DNA of 47,673 nt, taken from positions 1 through 47,673 of the forward strand of contig JANNRS010000054.1 in NCBI GenBank assembly GCA_031401615.1, read 5' to 3'. Positions within the stretch are counted from its first letter, which is position 1, and each line of letters opens with the position of its first letter. Below, piece after piece: positions 20,878-31,163 of this stretch. The notes beneath the pieces were generated by a model, which was not told the DNA's origin, did not search any database, and saw nothing but the letters and a program-made list of their open reading frames with translations. A program made the position numbers and the translations under genes. This stretch comes from Minisyncoccota bacterium. GTDB lineage: Bacteria; Patescibacteriota; Minisyncoccia; Phycocordibacterales; UBA9973.

Positions 20878-23535
20878 ATGGCTGGAAGTCATAATTTTAA
20901 GGAAGAGACTGGAGAGATGCAGTTTGATGCCTCGGGTTATTTGAGGGTCAATGTTTCTGCTGGAGGTGCTGGAGATGGTTCTATCCTGGATGGTGTCTCA
21001 TCTTCTATTAAGGCTACAGTTTTTGATTATACAAGTTCTAACCCGCTTGCTGTTGTCCTTCGAGACACGAATGGTGATTATGTTTCTGTAGGTGGAGGTA
21101 CCCAATACACAGAAGATGCGGTAGCAACTGCTGACCCAGTAGGTACATCTGTAAACCTTATTAGAAAAGATACTCCTGCAACTATCACTAGCACTGATGG
21201 AGATAATGTAGCTCAAAGAGGTACAAATTATGGTGCTGCTTATGTACAGGTGGTAAATTCATCTGGTTCTTTTATAGATACTTTTGGAGGTGGAACACAA
21301 TATGCTGATGGCGCAGTAAGAGGTACAGCAACTGGAACTATTGCGATGGGGGATGATGGTACAAATATCCAATCTATTAAAGTTGATGCGGCGGGTGAAC
21401 TTCAGGTTGATGTTTTAACAATGCCCGTTGTAGCTGTAACTCAATCTGGGACTTGGGATGAAGTTGGAATAAATGATAGTGGAAATTCCATCACTGTAGA
21501 TAATCCAACTCTTTCAGTGGTTGGCGGTGGTGTGGAAGCGACAGCTCTTAGGGTTACGATTGCTAGTGATTCTACTGGTTTAGTTTCAGTAGATGATAAT
21601 GGTGGCTCATTGACTGTAGATGGAACTGTATCTGTTACTGGAGTTGCAACTGAAGTTACTCTTGCATCTCTCCTTACTTCTTCTCAACTTATTGATGATA
21701 CAATTATTGTCCTTGGTACTGATACTTATACTGAAGCTACAAGTAAGGGACAAATTATTGCTGCAGTTAGACGGGATGCTGATACTACTCTTGTAAATAC
21801 TACAAATGAATATGGACCTCTCCAAATGGACGCTAACGGGCGACTTAAAGTTGAAGCGTTTTCTGGAGAAACTTTACCAGTATCTTTGACTTCAACAACT
21901 ATTACGGGTACTGTGGCGGTCACTCAGTCTGGTACTTGGGTATTAGGAGCTAATAGTGGAGTTGATATTGGTGATGTAACTATTAATAATGCGGCTGGCG
22001 CTTCTGCAGTAAATATTCAGGACGGTGGTAACTCTATTACTGTGGATGGGACAATAACTGAAGCAAGTGGTTCAGGTATACTAACTTCAGTTCAACTTAT
22101 AGATGATGCAATTTATGCCAGTGATGCGGCTCTTAATAAAACTATGGGTATTGGTGCGGTGTTTGATGATGTGGCGACTGTGGCTATAACTGAAAACCAA
22201 GCTGGTTATGTGAGGATGTCATCAAGAAGGGCGTTGCTTGTGGAAGGGGTGGCTTCTGGTACAGCAATAAATGTTTTGGATACAAATTCAGCTGCTGCGC
22301 TTACTGCACTTCAACTTATTGATAATGCAGTTTCTGGCGCAGGATTTAATATAACTCAACTTGGAGGTACGGCTATTTCGATGAACACAGGAGTCAGAGA
22401 TGCTGGCACTCAAAGGGTAACGATAGCAACTAACGATGCTGTCCCTGTAACCTTTACAGGGTCTACAGATGTGGCAACCCAAACAACACTTGCTTCCTTA
22501 CTTACTTCTTCCCAACTAGTTGATGATGTGGTATTTACAGCTGGAACTAGTTTATTTACTGAAGCAACAAGTAAAGGAGCCTTATCTCTCGCGGTCCGCA
22601 GAGATGCCAACACTTCTCTAGTAGGCACAACTAATGAAATGACTCCATTGCAAGTAAACGCAACTGGGGAATTAAAGGTGGCTGTAATTCAAGCCTTACC
22701 AGCAGGTTCTGCCATCATAGGAAAAACAGGTATTGACCAAACAACACCAGGCACAACTAACCTTGTAGCTCTATCAGCTGAAACTACTAAAGTAATAGGC
22801 ACAGTTAATCAAGGTACTTCTCCTTGGGTTACATCTAACGCCACTACTTCTGTTGTTGGAAATGGTGCAGCTGCAACTGCTCAACGAGTAACAATAGCAA
22901 ATGATTCTACTGGAATACTTGCGGGAGTTACAACTGTTTCTACAGTTTCTCTAAACAGCGATATTCGTCAGGCTACCGCTGCTAACCTTAATGCTCAAGT
23001 GGTCGGTAGTATTGCCCATGATGGGATAGATTCTGGAAATCCTGTCGGAATAGCTTACAGGGCTATTGCCCATGGAGCAAACCCAACAGCAGTAGCAGCG
23101 GCAGATAGAACTGTAGGGTATGCCAACAGAGCTGGAATACCATTTGTGATGGCGGGTCATCCTAATGTAATCACTAGGGAAGTAACTGTCCTTGCTGCGG
23201 ATGGCGCTCAAACTAACGCAGCTTTTGTCACTGTGGCAGCTGGATTGAAAATTGTTGTTACTCGCTGTTCGGTAACAGCAAGTGCTGCCAACACAGTAAA
23301 TGTGGCTGTTAGAATAGGGTTTGGTGCAGCAACACTTGGAGCGGAAGCTTTGGCTGGAGTCAATGGAATCATATTGGCTCATCCTGCGGTTGCCGCTGGT
23401 TCAGGAGTGGTTGAAGGTAACGGCTCAGGTATCTTAGGTATTGGAGCCGATGATGAGGATATACGCTACACTTGTGGTAGCCCCACAACGGGGTCAATTA
23501 AGATAATAATTTCTTATTACACAATTGAATCGTAA
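20878..23535 (+). CDS. Large repetitive fibre/adhesin-like virion protein (885 aa)
   Basis: Gly/Thr/Ala/Val-rich. Recurring modules include GNSITVDG, SGTW and L..QLIDD, plus an internal duplication of about 67 aa. Confidence 0.65.
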   Translation: MAGSHNFKEETGEMQFDASGYLRVNVSAGGAGDGSILDGVSSSIKATVFDYTSSNPLAVVLRDTNGDYVSVGGGTQYTEDAVATADPVGTSVNLIRKDTPATITSTDGDNVAQRGTNYGAAYVQVVNSSGSFIDTFGGGTQYADGAVRGTATGTIAMGDDGTNIQSIKVDAAGELQVDVLTMPVVAVTQSGTWDEVGINDSGNSITVDNPTLSVVGGGVEATALRVTIASDSTGLVSVDDNGGSLTVDGTVSVTGVATEVTLASLLTSSQLIDDTIIVLGTDTYTEATSKGQIIAAVRRDADTTLVNTTNEYGPLQMDANGRLKVEAFSGETLPVSLTSTTITGTVAVTQSGTWVLGANSGVDIGDVTINNAAGASAVNIQDGGNSITVDGTITEASGSGILTSVQLIDDAIYASDAALNKTMGIGAVFDDVATVAITENQAGYVRMSSRRALLVEGVASGTAINVLDTNSAAALTALQLIDNAVSGAGFNITQLGGTAISMNTGVRDAGTQRVTIATNDAVPVTFTGSTDVATQTTLASLLTSSQLVDDVVFTAGTSLFTEATSKGALSLAVRRDANTSLVGTTNEMTPLQVNATGELKVAVIQALPAGSAIIGKTGIDQTTPGTTNLVALSAETTKVIGTVNQGTSPWVTSNATTSVVGNGAAATAQRVTIANDSTGILAGVTTVSTVSLNSDIRQATAANLNAQVVGSIAHDGIDSGNPVGIAYRAIAHGANPTAVAAADRTVGYANRAGIPFVMAGHPNVITREVTVLAADGAQTNAAFVTVAAGLKIVVTRCSVTASAANTVNVAVRIGFGAATLGAEALAGVNGIILAHPAVAAGSGVVEGNGSGILGIGADDEDIRYTCGSPTTGSIKIIISYYTIES
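21658..21858 (+). repeat. Intragenic duplication, copy 1 (TLASLLTSSQLIDD...NGRLKVEA)
   Basis: Aligns by eye with 22486-22686 at roughly 60 percent of amino-acid positions. The DNA has diverged at all base types. Confidence 0.7.
22486..22686 (+). repeat. Intragenic duplication, copy 2 (TLASLLTSSQLVDD...TGELKVAV)
   Basis: See copy 1. Confidence 0.7.
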
Positions 23536-23560
23536 TTATAAGATTAATTAATTAAAATTT

Positions 23561-24127
23561 ATGTCAAGACAATATTGGGAAGAAACATTATCGTGGGCAA
23601 CAGCAAACGGAACTGCTGTAGCCAACACAGCAACGGAAACTATTTTATTTCCGAATGTTACTATTCCAGCAAATTACATGCAGGATGGTAGATGTTTAAA
23701 AATCATTGCGCATGGAACATGGGGTAATACAGTCACTATCGCCTCTACACTTACTTTTAGAATAAGGTGGGGGGGTGTATCTGGGACTTTAATTATGGCA
23801 TCACCAGCTATAATTACTCCTGCTACCGCGACTACAGCAGCCATATGGAACCTAGAAGCTATTATTCAAACTCGTTCAAATGGTTCTGCAGGTACTGTAT
23901 TTGGTATGGGGACTGTTAGAATGTTTGAAGATGCCGCTGCTACGTTTGGCACAGTTTTGAATTATGGTGTGGTTCAACCAATGTCACAGGGTGGTGTCAC
24001 CACCCCAGCAGTAGCAACGCTTGATTTAACAGCAGATACAGCTTTGTCCTTAACAGTTCAGTGGGACGAAACTGGAGCATCAAACACTATCCAGGGACAC
24101 ATTTATACAATAGAAGCTCTAAACTAA
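23561..24127 (+). CDS. Structural-module hypothetical protein (188 aa)
   Basis: Track ORF; Thr/Ala/Gly-rich. Confidence 0.55.
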   Translation: MSRQYWEETLSWATANGTAVANTATETILFPNVTIPANYMQDGRCLKIIAHGTWGNTVTIASTLTFRIRWGGVSGTLIMASPAIITPATATTAAIWNLEAIIQTRSNGSAGTVFGMGTVRMFEDAAATFGTVLNYGVVQPMSQGGVTTPAVATLDLTADTALSLTVQWDETGASNTIQGHIYTIEALN

Positions 24128-24128
24128 T

Positions 24129-24698
24129 ATGGCAACAATAGGACCTAACAGTGGTGGAACTTTTGTAAGCGACAACACTGTCGGGACTATTGCTATTACC
24201 AACCCTTCAAGCGCAACCAGTTCAGATAATTCCTATGCCTCAGCGATTCTCTTGTTAAATGAAGTAACTAATTATTTAAAGGTCACTAATTTTAATCTGA
24301 ATGTTCCTATTCACTCCACGATAGATGGGGTAGTGGTAGAGATTGAAAGAAATTCAACAATCTTGAATTCAATAACAGATAATGCAATTAGGTTGGTTTT
24401 GCCCCCAGGTTCTTTGGGTTCAACTAACCAAAGTGCTGGAGCAACATGGGCGAATGCTGATGCTTATGCCACCTTTGGTTCATCTACAAGTGTTTGGGGA
24501 GAAACTTTAACTCCAATAGATGTAAATGATAAAAATTTTGGAGTAGTAATTAGCGGCGCAGCAACTCTTTTGGCTGGGACGGCTCAAATAGACCATGTAA
24601 GAATGACGGTATATTACACTCAACACCCAATGCCTCATAATATGATTAAGGTTATAAAAGTCGGAGGGGGGATGAGTAGAAATGAATTAGCTTCGTGA
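24129..24698 (+). CDS. Structural-module hypothetical protein (189 aa)
   Basis: Track ORF, 1 nt after the previous stop. Confidence 0.55.
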   Translation: MATIGPNSGGTFVSDNTVGTIAITNPSSATSSDNSYASAILLLNEVTNYLKVTNFNLNVPIHSTIDGVVVEIERNSTILNSITDNAIRLVLPPGSLGSTNQSAGATWANADAYATFGSSTSVWGETLTPIDVNDKNFGVVISGAATLLAGTAQIDHVRMTVYYTQHPMPHNMIKVIKVGGGMSRNELAS

Positions 24699-24718
24699 TT
24701 ATAAATAATTAAAAATAT

Positions 24719-25459
24719 ATGGCTTCTAAAACTATTACAGACTTGACTGCCGATGCAACTCCAGAAACAGGAGACTTGCTTGTCACTGTAGATATTTCTG
24801 ATACAACAGATAGCGCTAATGGGACAAATAAAAAAGTAACTATTGCAAATCTAATGACTCTTGGAATAAGTGATACCGCTTATGCGGGTAGTTGGAATGC
24901 CGTGACAACTATTGCTCCTAGTAAAAATGCAGTTTACGACCAAATGGAATTAAAATCTCCCTTAGCTTCACCAACATTTACGGGAGTTCCCGCCGCCCCT
25001 ACAGCAGCTGTAGATACAAACACTACTCAAATTGCCACAACAGCTTTTGTATTAGCTCAAGCAGCAACACAAGCGGAAATAGAAACAGCTTCAAGTACAT
25101 CAAAGTTTATTACAGCTGGTCGTGCACAATTTCATCCGTCATCAGCAAAGTTTTGGACTTTTGTAAATGGTGGTGGGACACCTGCTATGGCAGCAAATTA
25201 TAATACTACGAGTGTTGCTGATACAGGTGTAGGTTTTATGACAGTTACTATTGGGACTGACTTCTCAAGTGCTACATGGTGTCCAGTAGGTAAGGGCATA
25301 GGTAATGCCCGTACTGTTACAACAGCAACCATGCAGTGGGTTTCTGCGGCTATGGCAGCAGGAACAATAGAATTAACAAACGCTGACCTTTCAGCTACTC
25401 CAGTTGTCGAGGATGTAGTTGTTGGCTGGGCTATCGCTGGATTTGGAGACCAAGCTTAA
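24719..25459 (+). CDS. Tail fibre protein (246 aa)
   Basis: N-terminal ITDLTADATPETGDLLVTVD plus the classic fibre motif SPTFTGVPAAPTAAVDTNTTQIATTAFV. Confidence 0.7.
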   Translation: MASKTITDLTADATPETGDLLVTVDISDTTDSANGTNKKVTIANLMTLGISDTAYAGSWNAVTTIAPSKNAVYDQMELKSPLASPTFTGVPAAPTAAVDTNTTQIATTAFVLAQAATQAEIETASSTSKFITAGRAQFHPSSAKFWTFVNGGGTPAMAANYNTTSVADTGVGFMTVTIGTDFSSATWCPVGKGIGNARTVTTATMQWVSAAMAAGTIELTNADLSATPVVEDVVVGWAIAGFGDQA

Positions 25460-25468
25460 TAAAAAAAT

Positions 25469-26095
25469 ATGCAATATTTATCTAAAAATATAGACGGAAC
25501 AGTAGCAGTAATCACCTTATTCCCTGTTAAAGTAATTGAAAATGCAACTGATAAAGAAGTAATTATCCTAGGACAACGGAGGAAAGACCCTAAGAATGGA
25601 GAATTAGGTAAGTGTATTATTTATGGAAACTTAGAAAATGAGGGCGTAGAGATAGTGGTCGGTGATGAAAACTACAATATCGCTGATTTAAAAGAGGATA
25701 GCCTTCCAGGATACACAATAGTATTTCCTGATGTCGAAAAAGAAATCATAGGAAAATGGGTAAAAGAGAGTAGGGAAAAAGTAGTCTCATTCAGACCAAT
25801 TGAAAAAAGTGATATTCCAGTAGATAGATATTTTAGAAATGCTTGGGAGGATGAAAATGGAATAAGAATTAATATGCCTAAAGCTAAAGATATTCAGAAA
25901 GATAAACTTCGTAAAATAAGAATTCCTTTATTAGAAGCTCTTGATATTGAATACCAAAAGGCAGATGAAGTCGGAGATACTCAAAAGAAGAAAGAAATAG
26001 CAGTTAAAAAACAAGTGCTGCGTGATGTTACGAATAATCCAGCTATTGAAGCTGCTCAAACTCCAGAGGAATTAAAATTAATTGACTTAAATTAA
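25469..26095 (+). CDS. Possible tail-fibre assembly/chaperone-like protein (208 aa)
   Basis: Directly downstream of the fibre gene. The helical C-terminal half (RNAWEDENGIRINMPKAKDIQKDKLRKIRIPLLEALD...) recalls fibre-assembly proteins. Weak call. Confidence 0.35.
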   Translation: MQYLSKNIDGTVAVITLFPVKVIENATDKEVIILGQRRKDPKNGELGKCIIYGNLENEGVEIVVGDENYNIADLKEDSLPGYTIVFPDVEKEIIGKWVKESREKVVSFRPIEKSDIPVDRYFRNAWEDENGIRINMPKAKDIQKDKLRKIRIPLLEALDIEYQKADEVGDTQKKKEIAVKKQVLRDVTNNPAIEAAQTPEELKLIDLN

Positions 26096-26257
26096 ATGGA
26101 CAATTTATTACAAGAAAGTCGAAGTTACCTATGTATGCAAACCACTGACAATTTACAGTTGCAAATTGCTCGTCCTGTGCAAGCAAACAATTATAAATTT
26201 TCTGGTTCACATTACGGTAATACAGGAATTATAAGTTTTGGTGAAAAAATAAGATAA
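26096..26257 (+). CDS. Hypothetical small protein (53 aa)
   Basis: Hand-translated MDNLLQESRSYLCMQTTDNLQLQIARPVQANNYKF...; the ATG follows the previous stop directly, and there is a TAATG overlap with the next gene. Confidence 0.35.
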   Translation: MDNLLQESRSYLCMQTTDNLQLQIARPVQANNYKFSGSHYGNTGIISFGEKIR

Positions 26258-26640
26258 TGGACTTTACAACACACAACACTTTTATAACTTCAATTTTACC
26301 TTCTATAGAGAGTTATCAAAATAGTTATATACAATCATTTCCTATGTATTTCCAAAGTCTTAAAACTCATTCTAGTATTCCTACTATTACTACCATACCT
26401 AATTTATTAAATACAAAACCTTCTTTAAAAACAACAACTTGGACAGCTACTGGACTAGATATAAATAAAGCGATACCAGTTTCTATTGAAATACATGAAT
26501 ACCTTACTCCTAGTAACAATAAAGGTTGGCAGATTTTGTTTAAAACATCTGATGGAATAAAAGAGTATGTCCGTTCAGTTGGGTATGGGATTGAAAGTAG
26601 TAGTCGTACTTTTAATTGGCAAGAAATAATTAAACCATAA
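26257..26640 (+). CDS. Structural-module hypothetical protein (127 aa)
   Basis: Track ORF. Confidence 0.5.
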   Translation: MDFTTHNTFITSILPSIESYQNSYIQSFPMYFQSLKTHSSIPTITTIPNLLNTKPSLKTTTWTATGLDINKAIPVSIEIHEYLTPSNNKGWQILFKTSDGIKEYVRSVGYGIESSSRTFNWQEIIKP

Positions 26641-27386
26641 TGTCACTTTTAGATAATTTACAAGCGTATTTTAAAGCAGATGAGTCATCGGGAACAATGG
26701 CAGATCAAGTTAATGGTAATACTTTAACCAATAATAACACTGCTACTTTTACAGCAGGGAAAATAAATAATGCTCTTACTCTTGCTTCCGCTAGTAGTCA
26801 ATGGATGTCTAGGACAGATGCCGACTGTGTCGGTATTGATTTTAATGCTACTAGTTTCACTATCAATTGTTGGGTGAACTGGACTACTGCTGTCCCTAGT
26901 TCAAACACTGTTGCGTGTTTTGCTGGGAAAATGGAATCAGGAAACAGACAGTATTCTTTCAATCAATTTAATAATGCTGGCACACAAACTTTGTATGCAG
27001 AGATAGGACTTGGAGCTGATACAGCTGATGGTCAATCTGTAAACTGGACTCCTTCTGCCGCCACTTGGTATATGGTGACTTTTAGATACACGACAGGCAC
27101 TAAAAAAGGAGACTTTTCAGTTAATGGTTCAGCTCAAGGAGCGCAAGTTACTTTTGTTAACGATTTAGCAACTGATGTCTCAGATTTTAGAGTAGGTAGT
27201 GCTTTCGGTGGGAGATTTATGGATGGTCAAATAGATGAAATGGGTCTTTGGGATAGAAGATTAACAGATCAGGAAATAACTACTCTTTATAATAGAGGAG
27301 CAGGACTTTCTATTCCTTTTACTATAGGTCGTTTAAATTTAAATAAACTTAGACCTCGTATTTTTGCCCCAGGTTTAGCTAGATAA
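26640..27386 (+). CDS. LamG / concanavalin-A-like lectin-fold protein (248 aa)
   Basis: FTINCWVNWTT...FMDGQIDEMGLWDRRLTDQEITTLYN matches the typical Laminin_G_3 C-terminal signature. Confidence 0.65.
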   Translation: MSLLDNLQAYFKADESSGTMADQVNGNTLTNNNTATFTAGKINNALTLASASSQWMSRTDADCVGIDFNATSFTINCWVNWTTAVPSSNTVACFAGKMESGNRQYSFNQFNNAGTQTLYAEIGLGADTADGQSVNWTPSAATWYMVTFRYTTGTKKGDFSVNGSAQGAQVTFVNDLATDVSDFRVGSAFGGRFMDGQIDEMGLWDRRLTDQEITTLYNRGAGLSIPFTIGRLNLNKLRPRIFAPGLAR

Positions 27387-27392
27387 AAATAT

Positions 27393-27893
27393 ATGTCATT
27401 TAAACCACTTAGAAGCCCCTACATAAGAAATCCTTTAGCTTACAGCTTTAGTCCTTCTGCTGTTTTGACTGGTACGGCGGTACCCAGTATCACAGAGACA
27501 AATATTGTGAGTGGGGGTAGAACCATTATAATTACTCTCACGAATGATACTTGGGTCACGGCGGGGGCGACTTTTGACGGTCAAAGGCAGAATATAATCA
27601 ATGGGATTGATTCGGCTCAAAGTGAGGCTACAGGCTGGGATTTGGTCGTCAAGGCTTTGCAAGGGGTAGCTGGGGTGGTTAGAACTAGCGATACTGTCGT
27701 GACAATAACCCTTGATGCCCAGGCTACTTACAACATAACTGCCACTGAAACTATCACTGCGACCATTCCAAGTACCGCTTTGACAGGTGGAGTCGCCATT
27801 CTCGCTACCCCCACTTTTGCAGTCACAGCTGTTGGCACAGCCTTCCTTAAAGATGTTATAATGAGTAGAGGAATAATAGCTTATGCAAGATAA
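27393..27893 (+). CDS. Structural-module hypothetical protein (166 aa)
   Basis: Track ORF. Confidence 0.55.
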   Translation: MSFKPLRSPYIRNPLAYSFSPSAVLTGTAVPSITETNIVSGGRTIIITLTNDTWVTAGATFDGQRQNIINGIDSAQSEATGWDLVVKALQGVAGVVRTSDTVVTITLDAQATYNITATETITATIPSTALTGGVAILATPTFAVTAVGTAFLKDVIMSRGIIAYAR

Positions 27894-27904
27894 TTTTTAA
27901 TAAT

Positions 27905-29074
27905 ATGTCATTCATCTATACACAATCAGACCTGCAATCAAGAATAAATGCAAGAGTGCAGGGTAAAATCGGAATCCTCATCTCAGCTCAAGAGATGATG
28001 AACGGTGCTGTCCGAGAATTGAAATCAAAAGTTGATTTGCGTTCTGCGATTCGTAAAGCTACTCTCTCCCCAAATCTTTACAATGGAATTTTTGATTACA
28101 CTTGCCCCGCTGACCTTCAGGCAGATAAAATAATTGACATCCCTGCGCAAGCAATCAGAGCTGATGGCGAATGGCAGTTGACACCAGCAGAAGAATTTGA
28201 TAGGCAGAACGGCAAAATCCCAGGGCTTATTGCCATAGATACATTCAATGGAACCAGAGTTTTAAAACTAGCTTCTCAGGTAAATAGTAATTCTATCATC
28301 GTAGCAGAACTTGACTCCACTACTTCTGGTGGCGGCACTTGGGCGGTATTTGGTGATGCTACAAATCTTGCGCGAGATGATGCTGACTACATAAAAGGTA
28401 ACGGCGCTTTGAAGTGGGACATCAGTTCGGCTGGTGGTACTACCGCTGGCATCGTAAACGCTGCGGTCAACACAGTAGACTTGACTGATTATCTTGGAGG
28501 CACCAGCTCCTTCTTTGTTTGGACAAAAATAAATTCAACTACAAATATCACAAACTATATTTTGAGATTTGGCACCGACTCTTCTAACTACTATTCTAAA
28601 ACAGTAACCGCTCAAGCTGACGGCACCGCTTTTGCTGCAGGCTGGAATCTCCTCCGCTTTGACATCTCTTCGTTGACGGAAACTGGTTCAGTGACTGATA
28701 CCACTCTCAATTATTTCGCTATCTACATGACCAAAGCGGCAGGTAAAATCTCGGAAACTGATTATAAGTTTGACTGGTTGGTGCTTAAAAAAGGAGTGAT
28801 TCATAACACTAGATACTATTCAAAATACGGCTGGCAATCTTCCGCTGCCGCTTATAAAGAGAATTCAACAGTGGCGACAGACTTGGTGGTGGCTGATACG
28901 GACGAATTTGAACTGATTGTTAAACAGGGGATTATAAATGCTAAGAAAGAAATAGGTTATCCAGAAAATGAAATCGTGAGTGAGGAGAATAAGTTGAATG
29001 CCGACATCCTGCTCTACGCCCAAAACAATCCAAGCCAAGCCAAAATCCACGGTTATAATTATTACGATTACTAA
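27905..29074 (+). CDS. Tail/baseplate-region structural protein (389 aa)
   Basis: Track ORF; the function is positional only. Confidence 0.5.
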   Translation: MSFIYTQSDLQSRINARVQGKIGILISAQEMMNGAVRELKSKVDLRSAIRKATLSPNLYNGIFDYTCPADLQADKIIDIPAQAIRADGEWQLTPAEEFDRQNGKIPGLIAIDTFNGTRVLKLASQVNSNSIIVAELDSTTSGGGTWAVFGDATNLARDDADYIKGNGALKWDISSAGGTTAGIVNAAVNTVDLTDYLGGTSSFFVWTKINSTTNITNYILRFGTDSSNYYSKTVTAQADGTAFAAGWNLLRFDISSLTETGSVTDTTLNYFAIYMTKAAGKISETDYKFDWLVLKKGVIHNTRYYSKYGWQSSAAAYKENSTVATDLVVADTDEFELIVKQGIINAKKEIGYPENEIVSEENKLNADILLYAQNNPSQAKIHGYNYYDY

Positions 29075-29075
29075 A

Positions 29076-31142
29076 ATGACAAGAGAATTAATTATTGATT
29101 TAGAAGAATTTAAGAAAGGTTTTTACAGCCTTGATGACACCACAAAGGCACCTTTTGGTTCTCTGAGAACAATGAGAAATGCTCAAGTGACAAATAAGGG
29201 AGGACTGGCTCCGCGACCTGGTACTCAACTAATTGGTACTACTAATTCTAGCTCTTACTCAAACAAGGGATTTTATGCTTATAAAAAATCTTACGGCTCC
29301 GATGAATTCCTGGTCAAATGTTATGACGATGAAATGGAAGCCTACTCTAAAAATCATTCCTCTCTCGGCTGGTTCAGAGTCAAAACTGGATTCACTGCAG
29401 ATAAAGAATTTGGCTTCATCTCTTCTCTGGTCAACACTTCTAACGAAGATTATTTGATTGGTTGTAATCGCTTTGAACCATATTTCACTTGGACTGGAGC
29501 AGTCACTCAATTGAACGGCGCTCTCGCGGGGGCTGAAACTGCAGTCACTGTAGACTCCACTCTGACCTCTGATATTTTTGAAGCAGAAACCGCCACCTCA
29601 AACTCAGCTACTGTCATCACAGTTTCAACCGCTACTTGGGCAACTGACCAGTGGATAAATTTCTATGTCTACATAACCGCTGGTGTCCATATTGGAAAAA
29701 TCAGGAAAATTACTGATAGTGATGCCACCACCATCACCTTTGATACTTTAGGTTCTGGTCCTGGAAATGTCACTTTTGAAATAAGGAAATTGGCTTTCCC
29801 TGCTACTGGTACCTTGATGTATAACGGCACCACTATCGCTTACACAGCAATACCTACTGCTACCACTTTCACTGTGGCGAGCGCCCACGCTGCCTCTGAC
29901 AACACTATCGTTACTCTCTCCCCAGTAGAATATCCTGGCGCTCCGAGGGGGAATAGATTGACAAATTACTTAGCTAGAATCATTGTCGGTAATGTGCGCT
30001 CGGCTCTGAATAGAGATTCTGGTGGCGCTCTCCAAGGTTATTCCGCTGGGGGCAGTGTCTTCGTTTCAAAAATCAATACTCCAACTGACTTTAGTTTCGC
30101 CGCCACTCGTGTGGCTGGTGAAGGAGACATCATCTCAGCTCCTTATGGTGGTGGTGAATTCACCGATGTTCAAACTCAGGAAGATGCTGCTTATCTTTTG
30201 AAGCCAGAATATATAGAGCAACTCCAGTATTCTCAAGATGCTAACGACCTAGCTGTGCGCTCTCCGCTTAAAGCGGGTGTAGGCAGTATAGGTAAAACTA
30301 TAAAAGGCACTGACGATATTTACTTCATCACTAAAGATAAAAGATTTACCTCCATCGGTCGTGTTAAAGCAAAAGATTTGAAACCAGAGACAGAGAATAT
30401 CGGTCTGCCTGTCCAAGAATATTTGAATAATTGTAATGTTGATTCTGTCGGAAGAGGGATTGAAATTGAGGGTAAGGTCTATATTCCACTTAAATCAAAC
30501 AGCACTGTCGCTAATAACGATGTCGTCCTCATCTACAATAAAAGTAAGGGTGGATATTTTGAAGGTATCTGGGATTTACCAGTCTACGGTATGGCAGAGA
30601 TGGGAGGCGGCTACTACTACGCAGAAAGTAACGGAGCGAATGTCTACCAAATGCTTATTGATGCCCACGCTGATATAAGCGGTACTGACCGCTACCCTAT
30701 CTTCTCTGAAGTGGCTACCCACTTTATGAACCTCTCTGCTTCTAAGAGTAACCTCCAAGCGATGTGGTGTCTCTTTGTAGAAGGATATATCCGCGCTGGA
30801 ACTACTGTCACTTTTAAAACATGGAAAGATTTTGAATCTAATCCCTTCCTCACTTTCAACTTCGCTACTGACGAAACAGGATTTTTGGATGGACAAGAAT
30901 CATCCGCTTTTCTTGGTTCTGACCCTCTCGCGGTAGACCCAATGTCCGCCGAATTCTCTGACCCGCTTGAGGACGGTCGTAGACATTTCTCCTTCCGAGT
31001 TTACTTCCCATATCAGTACGGCAATTACTTTTCTGTTGGTCACACTTCCAATGATGAAGATATAGATTATGAGATAATAAGATATGGCTTGGGCATCAAA
31101 GAAGACCCCGCAGTCAAAACAGGGCGTATCAAAACAATTTAA
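29076..31142 (+). CDS. Tail/baseplate-region structural protein (688 aa)
   Basis: Internal ATG (MTRELIIDLEEF...) 1 nt after the upstream stop, preferred over the track start 28998, which overlaps by 77 nt. Confidence 0.55.
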   Translation: MTRELIIDLEEFKKGFYSLDDTTKAPFGSLRTMRNAQVTNKGGLAPRPGTQLIGTTNSSSYSNKGFYAYKKSYGSDEFLVKCYDDEMEAYSKNHSSLGWFRVKTGFTADKEFGFISSLVNTSNEDYLIGCNRFEPYFTWTGAVTQLNGALAGAETAVTVDSTLTSDIFEAETATSNSATVITVSTATWATDQWINFYVYITAGVHIGKIRKITDSDATTITFDTLGSGPGNVTFEIRKLAFPATGTLMYNGTTIAYTAIPTATTFTVASAHAASDNTIVTLSPVEYPGAPRGNRLTNYLARIIVGNVRSALNRDSGGALQGYSAGGSVFVSKINTPTDFSFAATRVAGEGDIISAPYGGGEFTDVQTQEDAAYLLKPEYIEQLQYSQDANDLAVRSPLKAGVGSIGKTIKGTDDIYFITKDKRFTSIGRVKAKDLKPETENIGLPVQEYLNNCNVDSVGRGIEIEGKVYIPLKSNSTVANNDVVLIYNKSKGGYFEGIWDLPVYGMAEMGGGYYYAESNGANVYQMLIDAHADISGTDRYPIFSEVATHFMNLSASKSNLQAMWCLFVEGYIRAGTTVTFKTWKDFESNPFLTFNFATDETGFLDGQESSAFLGSDPLAVDPMSAEFSDPLEDGRRHFSFRVYFPYQYGNYFSVGHTSNDEDIDYEIIRYGLGIKEDPAVKTGRIKTI

Positions 31143-31163
31143 TAAATTAATAATTTTAATAAC

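Noticed and set aside
21658-22686. Internal repeats of the 885-aa gene considered as a diversity-generating retroelement (template/variable repeat pair)
   Set aside because: There is no reverse transcriptase anywhere in the genome. Both copies are in frame in the same ORF, and their differences involve all four bases, including synonymous changes, rather than adenine-specific substitutions.
28998-29075. Upstream start of track ORF 28998..31142
   Set aside because: It overlaps the preceding gene by 77 nt and encodes a low-complexity N-terminus. The ATG at 29076 follows the upstream stop by 1 nt and has the usual taaaATG context.
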